64,000 nt of DNA. Source: Octopus sinensis. Its lineage: Eukaryota. How positions within the stretch are numbered: the stretch's first letter is position 1; each line of letters opens with the position of its first letter. Below the pieces are notes generated by a model. That model did not search any database. It was not told where the DNA came from and saw only the letters and a list, made by a program, of their open reading frames with translations. A program made the position numbers and the translations under genes. Of this stretch, positions 1-11,170 are shown in pieces. The DNA is taken from positions 73,966,001 to 74,030,000 of the forward strand of contig NC_043006.1 in NCBI RefSeq assembly GCF_006345805.1, read 5' to 3'.

Positions 1-52
1 AGGGCCACTATCGCTGCTGTTGTTGCTGTTGTTGCTATTATTGCTATTAATG

Positions 53-441
53 TGGAGGCGCAATGGCCCAGTGGTTAGGGCAGCGGACTCGCGGTCATAG
101 GATCGCGATTTCGATTCCCAGACCGGGCGTTGTGAGTGTTTATTGAGCGAAAACACCTAAAAAGCGCCACGAGGCTCCGGCAGGGGATGGTAGTGATCCC
201 TGCTGTACTCTTTCACCACAACTTTCTCTCACTCTTACTTCCTGTTTCTTTTGTACCTGCATTTCAAGGGGCCGGTCTTGTCACTCTCTGTGTCACGCTG
301 AATATCCCCGAGAACTACGTTAAGGGTGCACGTGTCTGTGGAGTGCTCAGCCAGTTACACGTTAATTTCACGAGCAGGCTGTTCCGTTGATTCGGATCAA
401 CCGTAACCCTCATCGTCGTAACCGACGGAGTGCTTCCTTCC
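53..441 (+). mobile_element. tRNA-derived SINE, group A (head 1 + tail 1), full length with 14-bp TSD
   Basis: A box TGGCCCAGTGG and B-box-like TTCGATTCC; ends in CTTCCTTC; TATTGCTATTAATG at 39-52 is repeated at 442-455. Confidence 0.9.
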
Positions 442-577
442 TATTGCTATTAATGCCGTTATTGCTGGCTGTGGCACTGGAGCTGTTGCTGTTGCTTTAG
501 GGACTGTAACGCCTGCTACACTGGACGTTAGGGAAGCTGTTAGCAATGCTGCTGCTGATGGCGATGCGTTTGAGAAT

Positions 578-814
578 TTACTCTTTTACTCTTTTACTCT
601 TCTACTTGTTTCAGTCAATTGACTGCGGCCATGCTGGAGCACCGCCTTTTAGTCGAGCAAATCGATCCCAGGACTTATTCTTTGTAACCCTAGTACTTAT
701 TCTATCGGTCTCTTTTGCCTAACCGCTAAGTTACGGTGAAGTAAACACACCAGCATCGGATATCAAGCGATGTTGGGGGGGGGGGCACAGACACACAAAC
801 ATACACACACATAC

Positions 815-845
<31 letters not shown>

Positions 846-1005
846 CGACGGACTTCTTTCAGTTTCCGTCTACCAAATCCACTCACAAGGATTTAGTCGG
901 CCCGAGGCTATAGTAGAAGACACTTGCCCAAGTTGCCACGCAGTGGGACTGAACTCAGAACCATGTGGTTGGTAAGCAAGCTACTTACCACACAGTCACT
1001 CCTAC
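578..1005 (-). mobile_element. tRNA-derived SINE, group B, with internal CA/TA microsatellite
   Basis: Reverse strand reads GTAGGAGTGACTGTGTGG head, TTGGGCAAGTGTCTTC core-like segment, internal microsatellite and a ...GACTGAAACAAGTAGAAGAGTAAAAGAG tail; other copies at 41918, 49198, 50474. Confidence 0.9.
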
Positions 1006-2109
1006 ATCACTTCTTTAACTTTCTAAGACATCTCAACGCTTCTAAACCAAGCTTCGTTTGTTTGTTTACGTGTATCCTAATTTTAATTTAACATATGTAT
1101 GTATGTATACATCCATATATCATATAGACCACACACATATCGCCAATATAATTTAATTGGAAGATTCATCATCAGATTTCAAAATCATTTTTGTTTCCTG
1201 CTTGATAAAAGTAAAAGAGAAAACTCCAGTAACTATTCAGGAAATGTAAACTTTGTAATTTAAAACATCCGGGCTTTTGACAGAAGGATTACTTTTCAGA
1301 GAAAACCTACTTCGACGTATTTTCGTTAAATATCTTATATACGCACACACGCACATACTCACAGACACATACACACAAGCACACACAGCACACATGCACG
1401 TACGCGCATACATACACATATACACACACACGCAATACATGGGCGCACAAAAACACAAGCACATGTACACACAACGCACACACACACACACGAATGGATA
1501 TATTATAAATGATGTTATCGTGGAGTAAATAGTAATATTCGTGAATAAATCCTTATATATCACTACCAAAAGTAGTCACATGATTTAATGATTTGCTAGA
1601 AATAGAAGCCAAATGTCTTTTAAAATTGGATGTCACTATCTCTAAAGAAAGGGCACATTTGATAATGCAATCTCCGATATAGAAATACAAGCGGTTTGGT
1701 TATGATTCGAACAACTTTATCCGCACGATCGGAGATGGCCCTGTGCTAAAGGGCTAGAAAGGCTAGATCCTGTTTTGATATTAGAGATAGTAAGATATAT
1801 ATCATATTTAGTGTATGATCACCGTTTGTAGGCCAGTTACTGCCGTATTCGTCCTGAGATAACATCACCTGTAGAGTTGTTCTGTTAAAAACACAAAAAA
1901 TAACGGAAGCAAACAAAAATTTGTCCGAGTAGCAACCTATGAAAACGCCAAATATGCAATATGGCTTTTAGGGGCCATTTCTTGTGCATTTGCAGGCAGC
2001 ACATACTCGTATGAAAACTTGTCGCCTCCCATCAGGACAAATACCGAATTAAATGACCTATCAATCATGTGTGTGTGCGCGCGCACGCACTTACCCACGC
2101 ATATACACA

Positions 2110-2395
2110 CACATACCGCCTTCTCTTGCACTCTCCTGTCTTTGAAAGAACTTTTTCTTCTCCCATTCCCTTCCGGTCATTCAATATGTGACCGCGTGTG
2201 CATCGTTGACGATTTGTTTTTCCTGTCTTCCCTTCCTTGGATCTTTCCTTTTCCTATGTTTCTGACGAAGAGCTCCGCTCGAAACGTTAAATCCTCCTTT
2301 TTTCTTTCCTTTCCTGAGCGTCCAATAACAGTATACTTGTTCCACGTCCTCGCGTTGTTGTGTTTTCTCTTTGTGTTTTCATGTTTGGGTTGACT
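2110..2395 (+). mobile_element. Penelope-like (PLE) pseudo-LTR fragment carrying a hammerhead motif
   Basis: Pyrimidine-rich repeat-like segment between microsatellites containing CTGACGA-stem-GAAACGTT; PLE assignment inferred from the ribozyme type. Confidence 0.5.
2258..2292 (+). ncRNA. minimal type-I hammerhead ribozyme motif, core intact
   Basis: GTTT (stem I) CTGACGA 2262-2268, extra A, stem II GAGC/GCTC, GAAAC 2281-2285, GTT, AAAT (stem I'); palindromic AACGTT in place of helix III. Confidence 0.65.
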
Positions 2396-2409
2396 ATGAG
2401 TATATATAT

Positions 2410-2455
<46 letters not shown>

Positions 2456-2521
2456 TGGATGGATATATAGATATAGATACACACACACACACACGCATAT
2501 ATGTGTATACATATGTTACGC

Positions 2522-2819
2522 GTTGAAGCGCAATGGCCCAGTGGTTAGGGCAGCGGACTCGCGGTCGTAGGATCGTGGTTTCGATTCCCAGACCGGTCGT
2601 TGTGAATGTTTATTGAGCGAAAACACCTAAAGCTCCACTAGACTCCGGCAGGTGGGGGTGGTGATCCCTGCTGTACTCGTTCATCACAACTTTCTCTCAC
2701 TCTTTCTTCTGTTGGCTTGCTCGCTTAGCCAGCAGGGTGGCTTCATTGAAGGCTAAAACAAAGCGAAGCGGATTGTGACCAGCGATGTGTAGCAACATCT
2801 GATGGCCTGGTCGGTCACG
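2522..2819 (+). mobile_element. tRNA-derived SINE, group A (head 1 + tail 2), with 8-bp TSD
   Basis: First ~190 bp match the SINE at 53-240, then a different tail ending CTGGTCGGTCACG; TGTTACGC at 2514-2521 and 2820-2827. Confidence 0.85.
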
Positions 2820-3735
2820 TGTTACGCATGTCTATTTCAATTTAATACTGCCCCAATCGCGTACATTGGATTTTTAACGAGATATTCCATAGCCCCACCA
2901 TCTGGTGGGTGAATGTCTCTATTATATTTTAACTATAGTGATAGTCATTTGGTCTACGTTGCTAATTTTAGAATAGTCCTATAGAGTGCTACGCTGCTGC
3001 TGCAACCCACCAATTGTGACTTTGTTTTTCTGTATGCAAAGTCATAGGGGGTTACCACCATGACATTTATAACTGAACTAACATATCTCTGTTTGTACGG
3101 ATTAAATGCTTTTGTCTAATTTGCTCATACACACACATGCACACACAAACACACGCGCACACATATGCACCCTTCGAGTAATGTTACTGCACAGGTCCTT
3201 CGATTGAACCCTACTTTGGCCGATTGCTTACTGACACTACGAAAGCGATACAATGAATATTATAATTATTAAATTTCTAATTTATTTAACAATCCTAAGT
3301 TTTGTACTTGATCATGCTTTTAAATTTATTTATAAGTCTTAAAGACAAAAAGAAGGCTAAAGGATTCTATACAGCATCTAAATGTCCATCAAATTAGATC
3401 GCTAGAAACCAATAGTTTTCTACTTGAAAAATTCGTTTGATCGAATCTACCCCTCTTCTAGGCACGCTGGACGCATACTGAAACTATAGCCAGTTAAACA
3501 GTACCTTCACTTCTTGCAGTGGCAGTAAGGTATTCCTATAGTGTCTATTTAAATTAAGATGTCTTTCATCATTGAACGGAAACGTATCTCAAGACGTCGA
3601 CGTGCGAATCATGAATATAAATACACATATGTAAATGGTTATATATTAATTAAAAACAGAATTCGTAATAGTAATTGTAATCAATACGGCAAACAATTCT
3701 CTTTTAATATATTTCATAAAATAAAGTCGGCGATC

Positions 3736-3935
3736 TAGCAGACTCGTTCGCACACTTAGTAAAATGCTTCGCGGCATTTCGTCCGTCTTCACGTTCTGCG
3801 TTCGAATTCCGTTGAGTTCGGCTTTGCATTTCACCCTTCCGGGGTCGATAAAATAAGTACCAATTTGACACTGGGGTTAATGTAATCGATTTACGCATCC
3901 GCCGATACTTCTGGCCTTGTACTTCAATATGAAAC
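3736..3935 (+). mobile_element. SINE group C, diverged copy
   Basis: AAATGCTTCGCGGCATTTCG...TTTCACCCTTCCGGGGTCGATAAAATAAGTACC matches the other group C copies. Confidence 0.75.
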
Positions 3936-4479
3936 CAATATATTTTAGAAAATATACATGTTGATGGCACACTTGATAGGAAGTCGACCAAATTATTTGG
4001 TATAACAAGTAAGTTAAGGGTCTTCATGTTTTTAGGTTGTATCACACTAAGATAAAATTTATATTTCACATTTTTTTTCTTAAGTAGATTAGACAAAACA
4101 CGAGTTAAGTACTGCGGTCAATACAATTGACTATTTTCAATCCGAAATTTGTAGACGAGTGTTTGTTAGAAATGGCTTTTAGAAAGATGGCTTTTATATG
4201 TTTTTTTTTTTGTTTGAGAAATTGAGTCGGTTGCCAGAACCTTCGAAATTTAAGGTAACCTTCAACAAGTGAACGCCTTGGCATCGTAGAAAGAAGAATA
4301 CATAATATTATGTTCATAAGGTGAGCTATTGTGGATCAACATAATGTAGCACATCATTCGTAATCTAACAGATGCAAAGTCAAAGACTTTTCCAGGAATA
4401 GAGATTCACGTATTTTTGAGTGGAAATATTCTTTCCTCAGTTCTATATTTAAGAGATGAGAAATTATGTGCTTCATTTA

Positions 4480-4816
4480 CATTATTTACAATTGACGGAT
4501 ATTTGTCCTCATCTTGTTTGTTGTTAACACAACATTTCGGCTGATATACCCTCCGCCTTCATACGCCATATGTCCACAGGCATATGGCGTAGTGGTTAAG
4601 AGCGCCGGCTACTAACCTAAAGATTTAGAGTTCGATTCCAAGCATTGACCTGAATAATAATAATAATAATAATAATATCGAAAAATACTTTAGGAATGAG
4701 AACCCAGGTTCGAAATTTCCCCAAGACACCTGATGAAGGCTGGAGAGTATATCAGCCAAAACGTTGTGTTAACAACAAACAAGATGAGGACAAATATGCG
4801 TCAAATGTAAATAATG
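4480..4816 (+). mobile_element. tRNA-headed non-autonomous element with hammerhead-bearing tail and inverted 5' copy of its 3' end
   Basis: Head with A box TGGCGTAGTGG and B box GAGTTCGATTCC (4579-4652), (AAT)n spacer, hammerhead at 4725-4770; 4480-4562 is the reverse complement of 4733-4816. Confidence 0.75.
4725..4770 (+). ncRNA. minimal type-I hammerhead ribozyme motif (G12 mutated in this copy)
   Basis: GACAC CTGATGA A GGCTG-loop-CAGCC AAAAC GTT GTGTT; the inverted arm retains the G (CAGCCGAAAT on the minus strand), so the ancestral state is GAAAC. Confidence 0.6.
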
Positions 4817-4937
4817 CAAATAACGAATATTCTTTCTTGTTTTGAGATAGCAAAATATGAGTAAAGAGAGATTTGGTTGCTAGTTTTAGCGATCACTTAG
4901 ATACTGTGCTTCTTCATTGTATTAGTGGAATAACGGA

Positions 4938-5480
4938 AAGGCAGCGACCTGGCAGAATCTTTAGCACGCCGAGCAAAATGCTTAGCGGTATTTCGTCAGT
5001 TGTTATGTACTGAGTTCAAATCCGTTTGTCTGTCCTCGTTTGTTCCCTCAGTGTGGCACCTTGTGGGTAGTAAAGAAATAGGTATTTCGTTATTAAGGCG
5101 GCGAGCTAGCAGAATCGTTAGCACGTCGGGCGAAATGCTTAGCGGTATTTCGGCTGCCGTTACGTTGTGAGTTCAAATTCCGCCGAGGTCGACTTTGCCT
5201 TTCATCTTTTCGGGGTCGATAAATTAAGTACCAGTTAAGCACTGGGGTCGATATAATCGACTTAATACCTATGTCTGTCCATGTTTGTCCCCTCTATGTT
5301 TAGCCCCTTGTGGGTAATAAAGAAATAGGTATTTCGTTCTGAGTTCAAATTCCGTTGGGGTCGACTTTGCCTTTCATCCTTTCAGGGTCGATTAAATAAG
5401 TACAAGTTATGCACTGGGGTCTAGTAATCGACTTAATCCCTCCCCCCCAATTTGAGTCTTTGTACTTCTAATAGAAAGGA
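4938..5480 (+). mobile_element. SINE group C concatemer (three partial units)
   Basis: Two AAGGCRGCGA heads and repeated body; tails end AAGAAATAGGTATTTCG and rejoin a head or the body. Confidence 0.85.
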
Positions 5481-6129
5481 TTACTACGGAAAAAAGCTAC
5501 AAGGTATGCAAACCGGCTCTCGAATTCCGATGGTTTTAATCTTCCGCGCAAACATTACAAAACTTGCTACATTTCCTAGTGCAAATAAAAACAATTCACG
5601 ATCAATAACACAGTATATTTTATATATGTATATATATATATATAATTTTCCGCTGAGAATTGCCTCAGGAAGCAAACTAACATTTCTGTTTAAAAAATTA
5701 ATAAGACAATTAATTTTAACGACACCTGTCGAAACAACGAATGATATTTTATTAAACAATGATACAAAATTATTTAACTTATGATAGACTACGGTAGATT
5801 TGTATTTAAGACGAATTCTAATTATAAATATCAATTATACTTGACTTCTCAGTTAATTAGCCAATGTATTATTTACAAATTAATCAGCATAATGAGAATA
5901 TTTATTGCCCATCTCATTTAAAGAAATAAAAATTAAAACCATATTTGCTAATATGGAATGGCAATATTTCGAAACCTTACGTAAGCAACATATTCTTCCT
6001 TTAAAATAGTGATTTTTAGCGAACTCCGTGTGTAGTACTGATATGTGCCATCGACAGTAAATAGAATTAATGTCTTTAGAAACGGAAATAATTGAAAATG
6101 GAATTTATTGCGATTTTAGTGGTAATAGC

Positions 6130-6345
6130 ACGCAAGGCGCTGAGTTGGAAGATTCGTTAGCACACCGGACTAAATGCTTAGCGGAATTTCATCCGTCTTT
6201 ACATTCTGGGTTCAACTCACATCAATATCGACCTTCTCTTTCATCGTCTCGGGGTTGATAAAATAAGTACCAGTTGAGCACTGAAGTTGGTCTAGTAGAC
6301 TTACACCTTCTCCCAAAATTCTGGCCTAGTGCCAAATTTTGCAAC
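6130..6345 (+). mobile_element. SINE group C, old diverged copy
   Basis: Degenerate head and TTTCATCGTCTCGGGGTTGATAAAATAAGTACCAG central block. Confidence 0.65.
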
Positions 6346-6871
6346 TAATGATATGTTAATTATAAGGTGGTGTTAATTATCTCGCGACAAATTAGTGTCT
6401 CGAGAGTTATTAGAGATTTCGATGGAATTTCTTTTCAGCAATGTGTCGATATTCTATACTTTGAGGTCAAATCCAGCGCATATCAACTCTCCTTACATAT
6501 GACCTGCCTTTCTTAAGACCCACGCCCCTATTCAGCAGTGGCCATCAAGTACTTTCCTCCACTATATTCGACTCTGAGTTTCCCTCTCCTAAGTTTGGTA
6601 CATTTTGAATTGCAATAAATGATTCTGTAACTTTACTGTTTTCCTTGGTAGATGTATTGGGACACTGGAAACCAATTTTAGACTCTGGGAAGAGGTGGTC
6701 TGTATTAGCCTGGTCTTTAGCCTTTTACCTATCCAGCATAGGATGTACAATTAGGAGCTTGCATACCATTGGGCAAGTTTTCAGAGTGATCGAGTCTCAC
6801 ACACCACCAAACCGCATCAAGGACTAGATTTGCGAGTCTCCTATACTTTAAGTACTAGTCCAATACAAGAA

Positions 6872-6874
<3 letters not shown>

Positions 6875-6902
<28 letters not shown>

Positions 6903-7035
6903 CTTCTTCTTCTTCCTTCTTCTCCTTCCTTCTCCTTCTTCTTCCTTCTTCTTCCTTCTTTCTTCTTCTTTCTCCTTCTTTCTCCTTCTTCTTTCTTCTT
7001 CTTCTTCTTTTCCACCCACTTCTTTCTTCTCTTCC
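6875..7035. repeat. (TTC)n/(TTCC)n polypyrimidine tract, possibly a retroelement tail
   Basis: About 160 bp almost entirely T and C; preceded by ...AGTCCAATACAAGAAAC, which resembles an RTE-like 3' end (low confidence). Confidence 0.8.
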
Positions 7036-7329
7036 TCTCTTTCGTGAAAGAATTCGACGGTGATTGCAACAGGGATGGGATGGACTCCGATGGTCTTAAA
7101 GTGCTCAAGGCACAAGTGATTTTATGATGTTCTTTTTATGAACAATTAGGATTTATTTTGTCCCAATTCCATCAGGAGCTGACAATCTAAGGAGGTAGAA
7201 GTAACTTCTAAATTCATTGATTCGTTCCGCAATAATTAAATAAATATATGAATAAATAGCATAAAAAAAACTAATTACTATTTCGTTCAATAGACTTCCT
7301 TCAGAAAGGATAATATGAATGGTAGTATA

Positions 7330-7438
<109 letters not shown>

Positions 7439-7727
7439 GTATGTGTGTGCTACGTATGTATAGAATTCCTGTTGCTTATAAACCTCAGAACCTTAGAAAG
7501 TAAACACACACACACACACACATATCTATACATGAATATATACATAAGAATTATATCAATTACATCGACCCAAGCACGCGATTAGTACATATTTTATTGA
7601 CCCCAAAAGGAGAAATGGCAAATCTAATCTTCGTGGTATTTCTGCTAAATCGAAACCGAGCCAGAAAAAATGCCGTTAAGCATTTTGTCCGACATTAACC
7701 CTTCTATCAGCATGCTATTTAATAATG

Positions 7728-7792
<65 letters not shown>

Positions 7793-7793
<1 letters not shown>

Positions 7794-8852
7794 CTGTGAT
7801 GCAGTACCAGGCAGTGGCTCTCGTGGTTTCTGATCTTAACTGATTGGAAGGGTTATCATGTACACTATTTTGTCTTGGTATGATTGATGCGCTACAGCAA
7901 ATATTCTGCTCAATACCACAGATTTACCTCTCAGTTGTTAGACCTTAAACAGTTGACCATATCCCTTAGTGGCTGACGATATGTGCATCTATGATCACAA
8001 GCAGAAGTAGTGGGAGAGCATAATAGCCATGTGCTGAGTGGGATTCTTTGGGATCTGAATAATTCACCTCTGGAAACATGGGTGGTTCGCTCAACATCCT
8101 TAAACAACCCATATTCAGGGACCTTTTGAGCAGGATGGGTTACTCGACCAGACGAAAATTCTAACTGGGCTCCACCTGCAAGGTCATGTGCTGTTTATCT
8201 TGATATGAGATCACCATGTCGTGCACATAAGGTGGTAATGCATGTGCCTAGTGCACCCTTATCAGTCGGGGAGTCATGATGGGTATACTGGGCTTCGTAT
8301 ATTTTACGCCTGTGTCACTTTGATGTCATGCACTGCTCTCTCACCCAGTAATGATAATAATAATATAATGATGATGATAGATAAATGGTATAAAAGATCG
8401 GCTACGGCAAATATTTTGCTCAGTACCACAGATTTGCTTGTCAGTTGTTTGACCATAACCAGTTGAGTATGTCCCTTGGTGGCTAACGATATGTGCATCT
8501 CTGATCTTGAGCAGGAGACAGAGAGCATCATGGCCATGTTTTGAGGGGAATTCTTTGGGGTTTGAATAATTCACCTATGGAAACACGGGTGTTTCGTTCA
8601 ACATCATTAAACGCACCTCATTCAGGGACCTTTTGAGCGGGATAGGCTACCCTACATGAAGAAAATTCTAACTGAATTCCCGCCTACAAGGTTGTACGCT
8701 GTTTATCTTGGTATGAGACCACTATGTCACGCACATATGGTTGTGATGCATGTACCTGGTGTATCCTTATCAGACGGGTAGTCGTGATAGGTATACTGGA
8801 CTTCGTATATTTTACTCGTGTCACTTTGATGCCACGACCTGCTCAATCACTC

Positions 8853-8884
<32 letters not shown>

Positions 8885-9303
8885 TAATAAAATGGGCTAC
8901 AGCAAATATTCTGCTCAAAAGCACATATTTGCTTGTCAGTTGCTTGACCTTATCCAGTTGAGCATTTCTCATAGTGACTGATGATATGTGCATCCCTGGG
9001 AGAGCATCTTAGTCATGTGTTGAGAGGTATTCTTTAGGGCTTGAATTCACCTCTGCAAACAGGGGCGTTTTGCTCATGTCCCTTGTACAACCTTATTCAG
9101 AGACCTTTTGAGCGTGATGGGCTACTCTATCTAAAGAATATTCTAACTGGGCCTCACCTGCAATATCATACACTGTCCATATTCATACGATTTCATCATG
9201 TCGTGCACATATAGTTATGAAACAAGTGCCTGGTGTACACGTATCAGCCCAATGGGCATATTGGGCTTGGTATAGTTGTACAGCAGCGTCATTTTGATGG
9301 CAT
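7793..9303 (+). mobile_element. three co-oriented copies of a ~410-550 bp repeat, each followed by (AAT)n
   Basis: Copies 7793-8347, 8386-8852 and 8892-9303 share GCTACRGCAAATATTYTGCTCA, CAGRGACCTTTTGAGC and CAYTTTGATG blocks; 5' ends vary and 3' ends are nearly common. Confidence 0.85.
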
Positions 9304-9304
9304 A

Positions 9305-9350
<46 letters not shown>

Positions 9351-9353
<3 letters not shown>

Positions 9354-9982
9354 CTGCACAATATATTCACTGGGTAATTTGCAAAAACCTAGATTTGCCA
9401 CATGAAAAAAACTGGTGGGAACACGAACCACCTCCAGTGCTTGAAAATGACCACATCTCACTCCTCTGGAACTTCACCATTCAAACTGACAGAATGATAG
9501 ATGCAAATAGGCCAGACATCATATTGAAAGACTTCAGATAAAGAACATGCCTCCTCATTGATATGACTGTCCCAATCGATATAAACGTATCTGTCAAGAC
9601 CTACTAGAAACTGAGCAAATATAAAGATCTTGAAATAGAAATCAGCAAAATATGGAACCTTAAGACTAAAACAATACCTGGGAATGATAGCAAAAGGGGT
9701 TGATGGCTACCTAACTCAGATACCAGGAAACCCCCAAATGGCAGAAATTCAAAAGATAGTGCTCATGGGAACTGCTCATATCCTACGCAAAATACTTTCT
9801 ATGTAATCTCAAGTTTTAAAACAAACATTTTTTAGACATTCACTAGTACATCACTAAATACAAAACCAAATATATGGCACACTAAGCATAACAAAAACAT
9901 GAACTTCCAACCTGTTGTCTCTTGAGGTCTCTGGGTGGGACTTGGAGCCAACATGTACAAATGTAAATGAAAAGTCAAACAT

Positions 9983-9983
<1 letters not shown>
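9351..9983 (+). mobile_element. R4/Dong-clade non-LTR retrotransposon, 5'-truncated: restriction-like endonuclease domain + 3' UTR
   Basis: 9353-9806 translates AAQYIHWVICKNLDLPHEKNWWEHEPPPVLENDHISLLWNFTIQTDRMIDANRPDIILKDFR*RTCLLIDMTVPID...KLSKYKDLEIEISKIW...IQKIVLMGTAHILRKILSM*, with 2 internal stops and 1 frameshift; PD-(D/E)xK-type RPD motif. Confidence 0.85.
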
Positions 9984-10017
<34 letters not shown>

Positions 10018-10018
<1 letters not shown>

Positions 10019-10277
10019 TCAGAAACATCTAGACAATATCCCAGGAGAACTATCTCTCAGAGAAATGAAAAAGAGTGTGCTAACAAGGACTGCCCAAATC
10101 TTTAGAAAAATCCTTTCCATTTAAATGTGTTGTACTACATGAAGATATTTCGCTATTGCCTCTGCTACTCCTCCTCCCCAAGCTTTCAGTGAAACTAACA
10201 TTTCTTATCTTTCACTCGGCCCAGGACGCTAGGTGTGTCTCAGCAAGTGATTGTAACAAACATGCAGATTAAAAGTT
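10018..10277 (+). mobile_element. second R4/Dong-type 3' fragment from a different subfamily
   Basis: QKHLDNIPGELSLREMKKSVLTRTAQIFRKILSI* parallels the C-terminus of the upstream copy; a different 3' UTR ends in (AAT)n. Confidence 0.7.
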
Positions 10278-10299
10278 AATAATAATAATAATAACGATA

Positions 10300-10610
10300 A
10301 ATTCACTTATTTGCTACCAGGTCTAAGGACGGGGGAGACAATGCAAAACAAGATTACAGTCTGGGGATTTACATATAAGGAAATGATTAAAAAAATTAAG
10401 TATACATGGTATATAAAGGTTTTAAAAAAGGTGAATATGGTAGAGATGTAGTCCTGATAGGGGATGACCTCTAGGGATAATCCAGGGACCCCACTGTCCA
10501 AGATCTCCCTGACCCCCAATGGTTAGTACCCTCTCCATTTCTCTTCATCTGCCTCATAGGTCTACATTAGAGAAGCTCCATCCACTCTTGCCATTTTCGC
10601 AACTTTGAGG
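10300..10610 (-). mobile_element. probable LINE 3' end (L1/Tx1-like)
   Basis: Reverse strand LKVAKMARVDGASLM* followed by a UTR-like T-rich segment; recognition only. Confidence 0.35.
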
Positions 10611-11081
10611 CATTACTGTAATTTTCACATTAATATAGCGTTAATTTCACGAGTAGACTGTTCCATTGATCGAATCAACTAGGAAACATATTGTTGTAAC
10701 CGATAATGAGTCAGACAGACAAACACACACACACACATGCACACACACACACACATACACACACGCACACACACATACACACACACACACACGCTCCAGG
10801 CACTAAACAAATATTGTACAGTAGTATATATTCATCACGACCGCGTTAACAATCGGTTTCACACTGGATATTAAAGCAGATGTTAGGTAACACTAGGTTT
10901 GAGCAATGCACCTTTATACACACACGTATAATATATTGGATAATATGTAATATAATATAAAATGAAATAATATAATGTAATATAAATATTTTTGTGCCCA
11001 TGCATGGCCACAGCTCAAGAGCTGAAACTGGAAAACAAAAACATAATATATTTATACACACACACACACAAACATATATAT

Positions 11082-11084
<3 letters not shown>

Positions 11085-11131
<47 letters not shown>

Positions 11132-11170
11132 TGACAGACAGAGAGACAGAGAGACAGAGAGACAGACGAA
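11085..11170. repeat. (AG)n/(AGAC)n microsatellite
   Basis: Seen directly. Confidence 0.95.

Noticed and set aside
53-130. tRNA-like sequences here and at 2522, 4579, 21268 and 46186
   Set aside because: They have A/B boxes but no complete cloverleaf or acceptor stem and run into repeat bodies, so they are SINE heads, not tRNA genes.
1-577. Open Ala/Val-rich frame after removing the SINE (RATIAAVVAVVAIIAINAVIAGCG...)
   Set aside because: It looks like a decayed GCT/GTT trinucleotide repeat, has no splice signals or recognisable domain, and is interrupted by a SINE.
7793-9303. Repeat-spacer-like periodicity suggestive of CRISPR or satellite
   Set aside because: Units are ~500 bp diverged retro-like copies separated by microsatellites in animal DNA; there are no constant short repeats with unique spacers.
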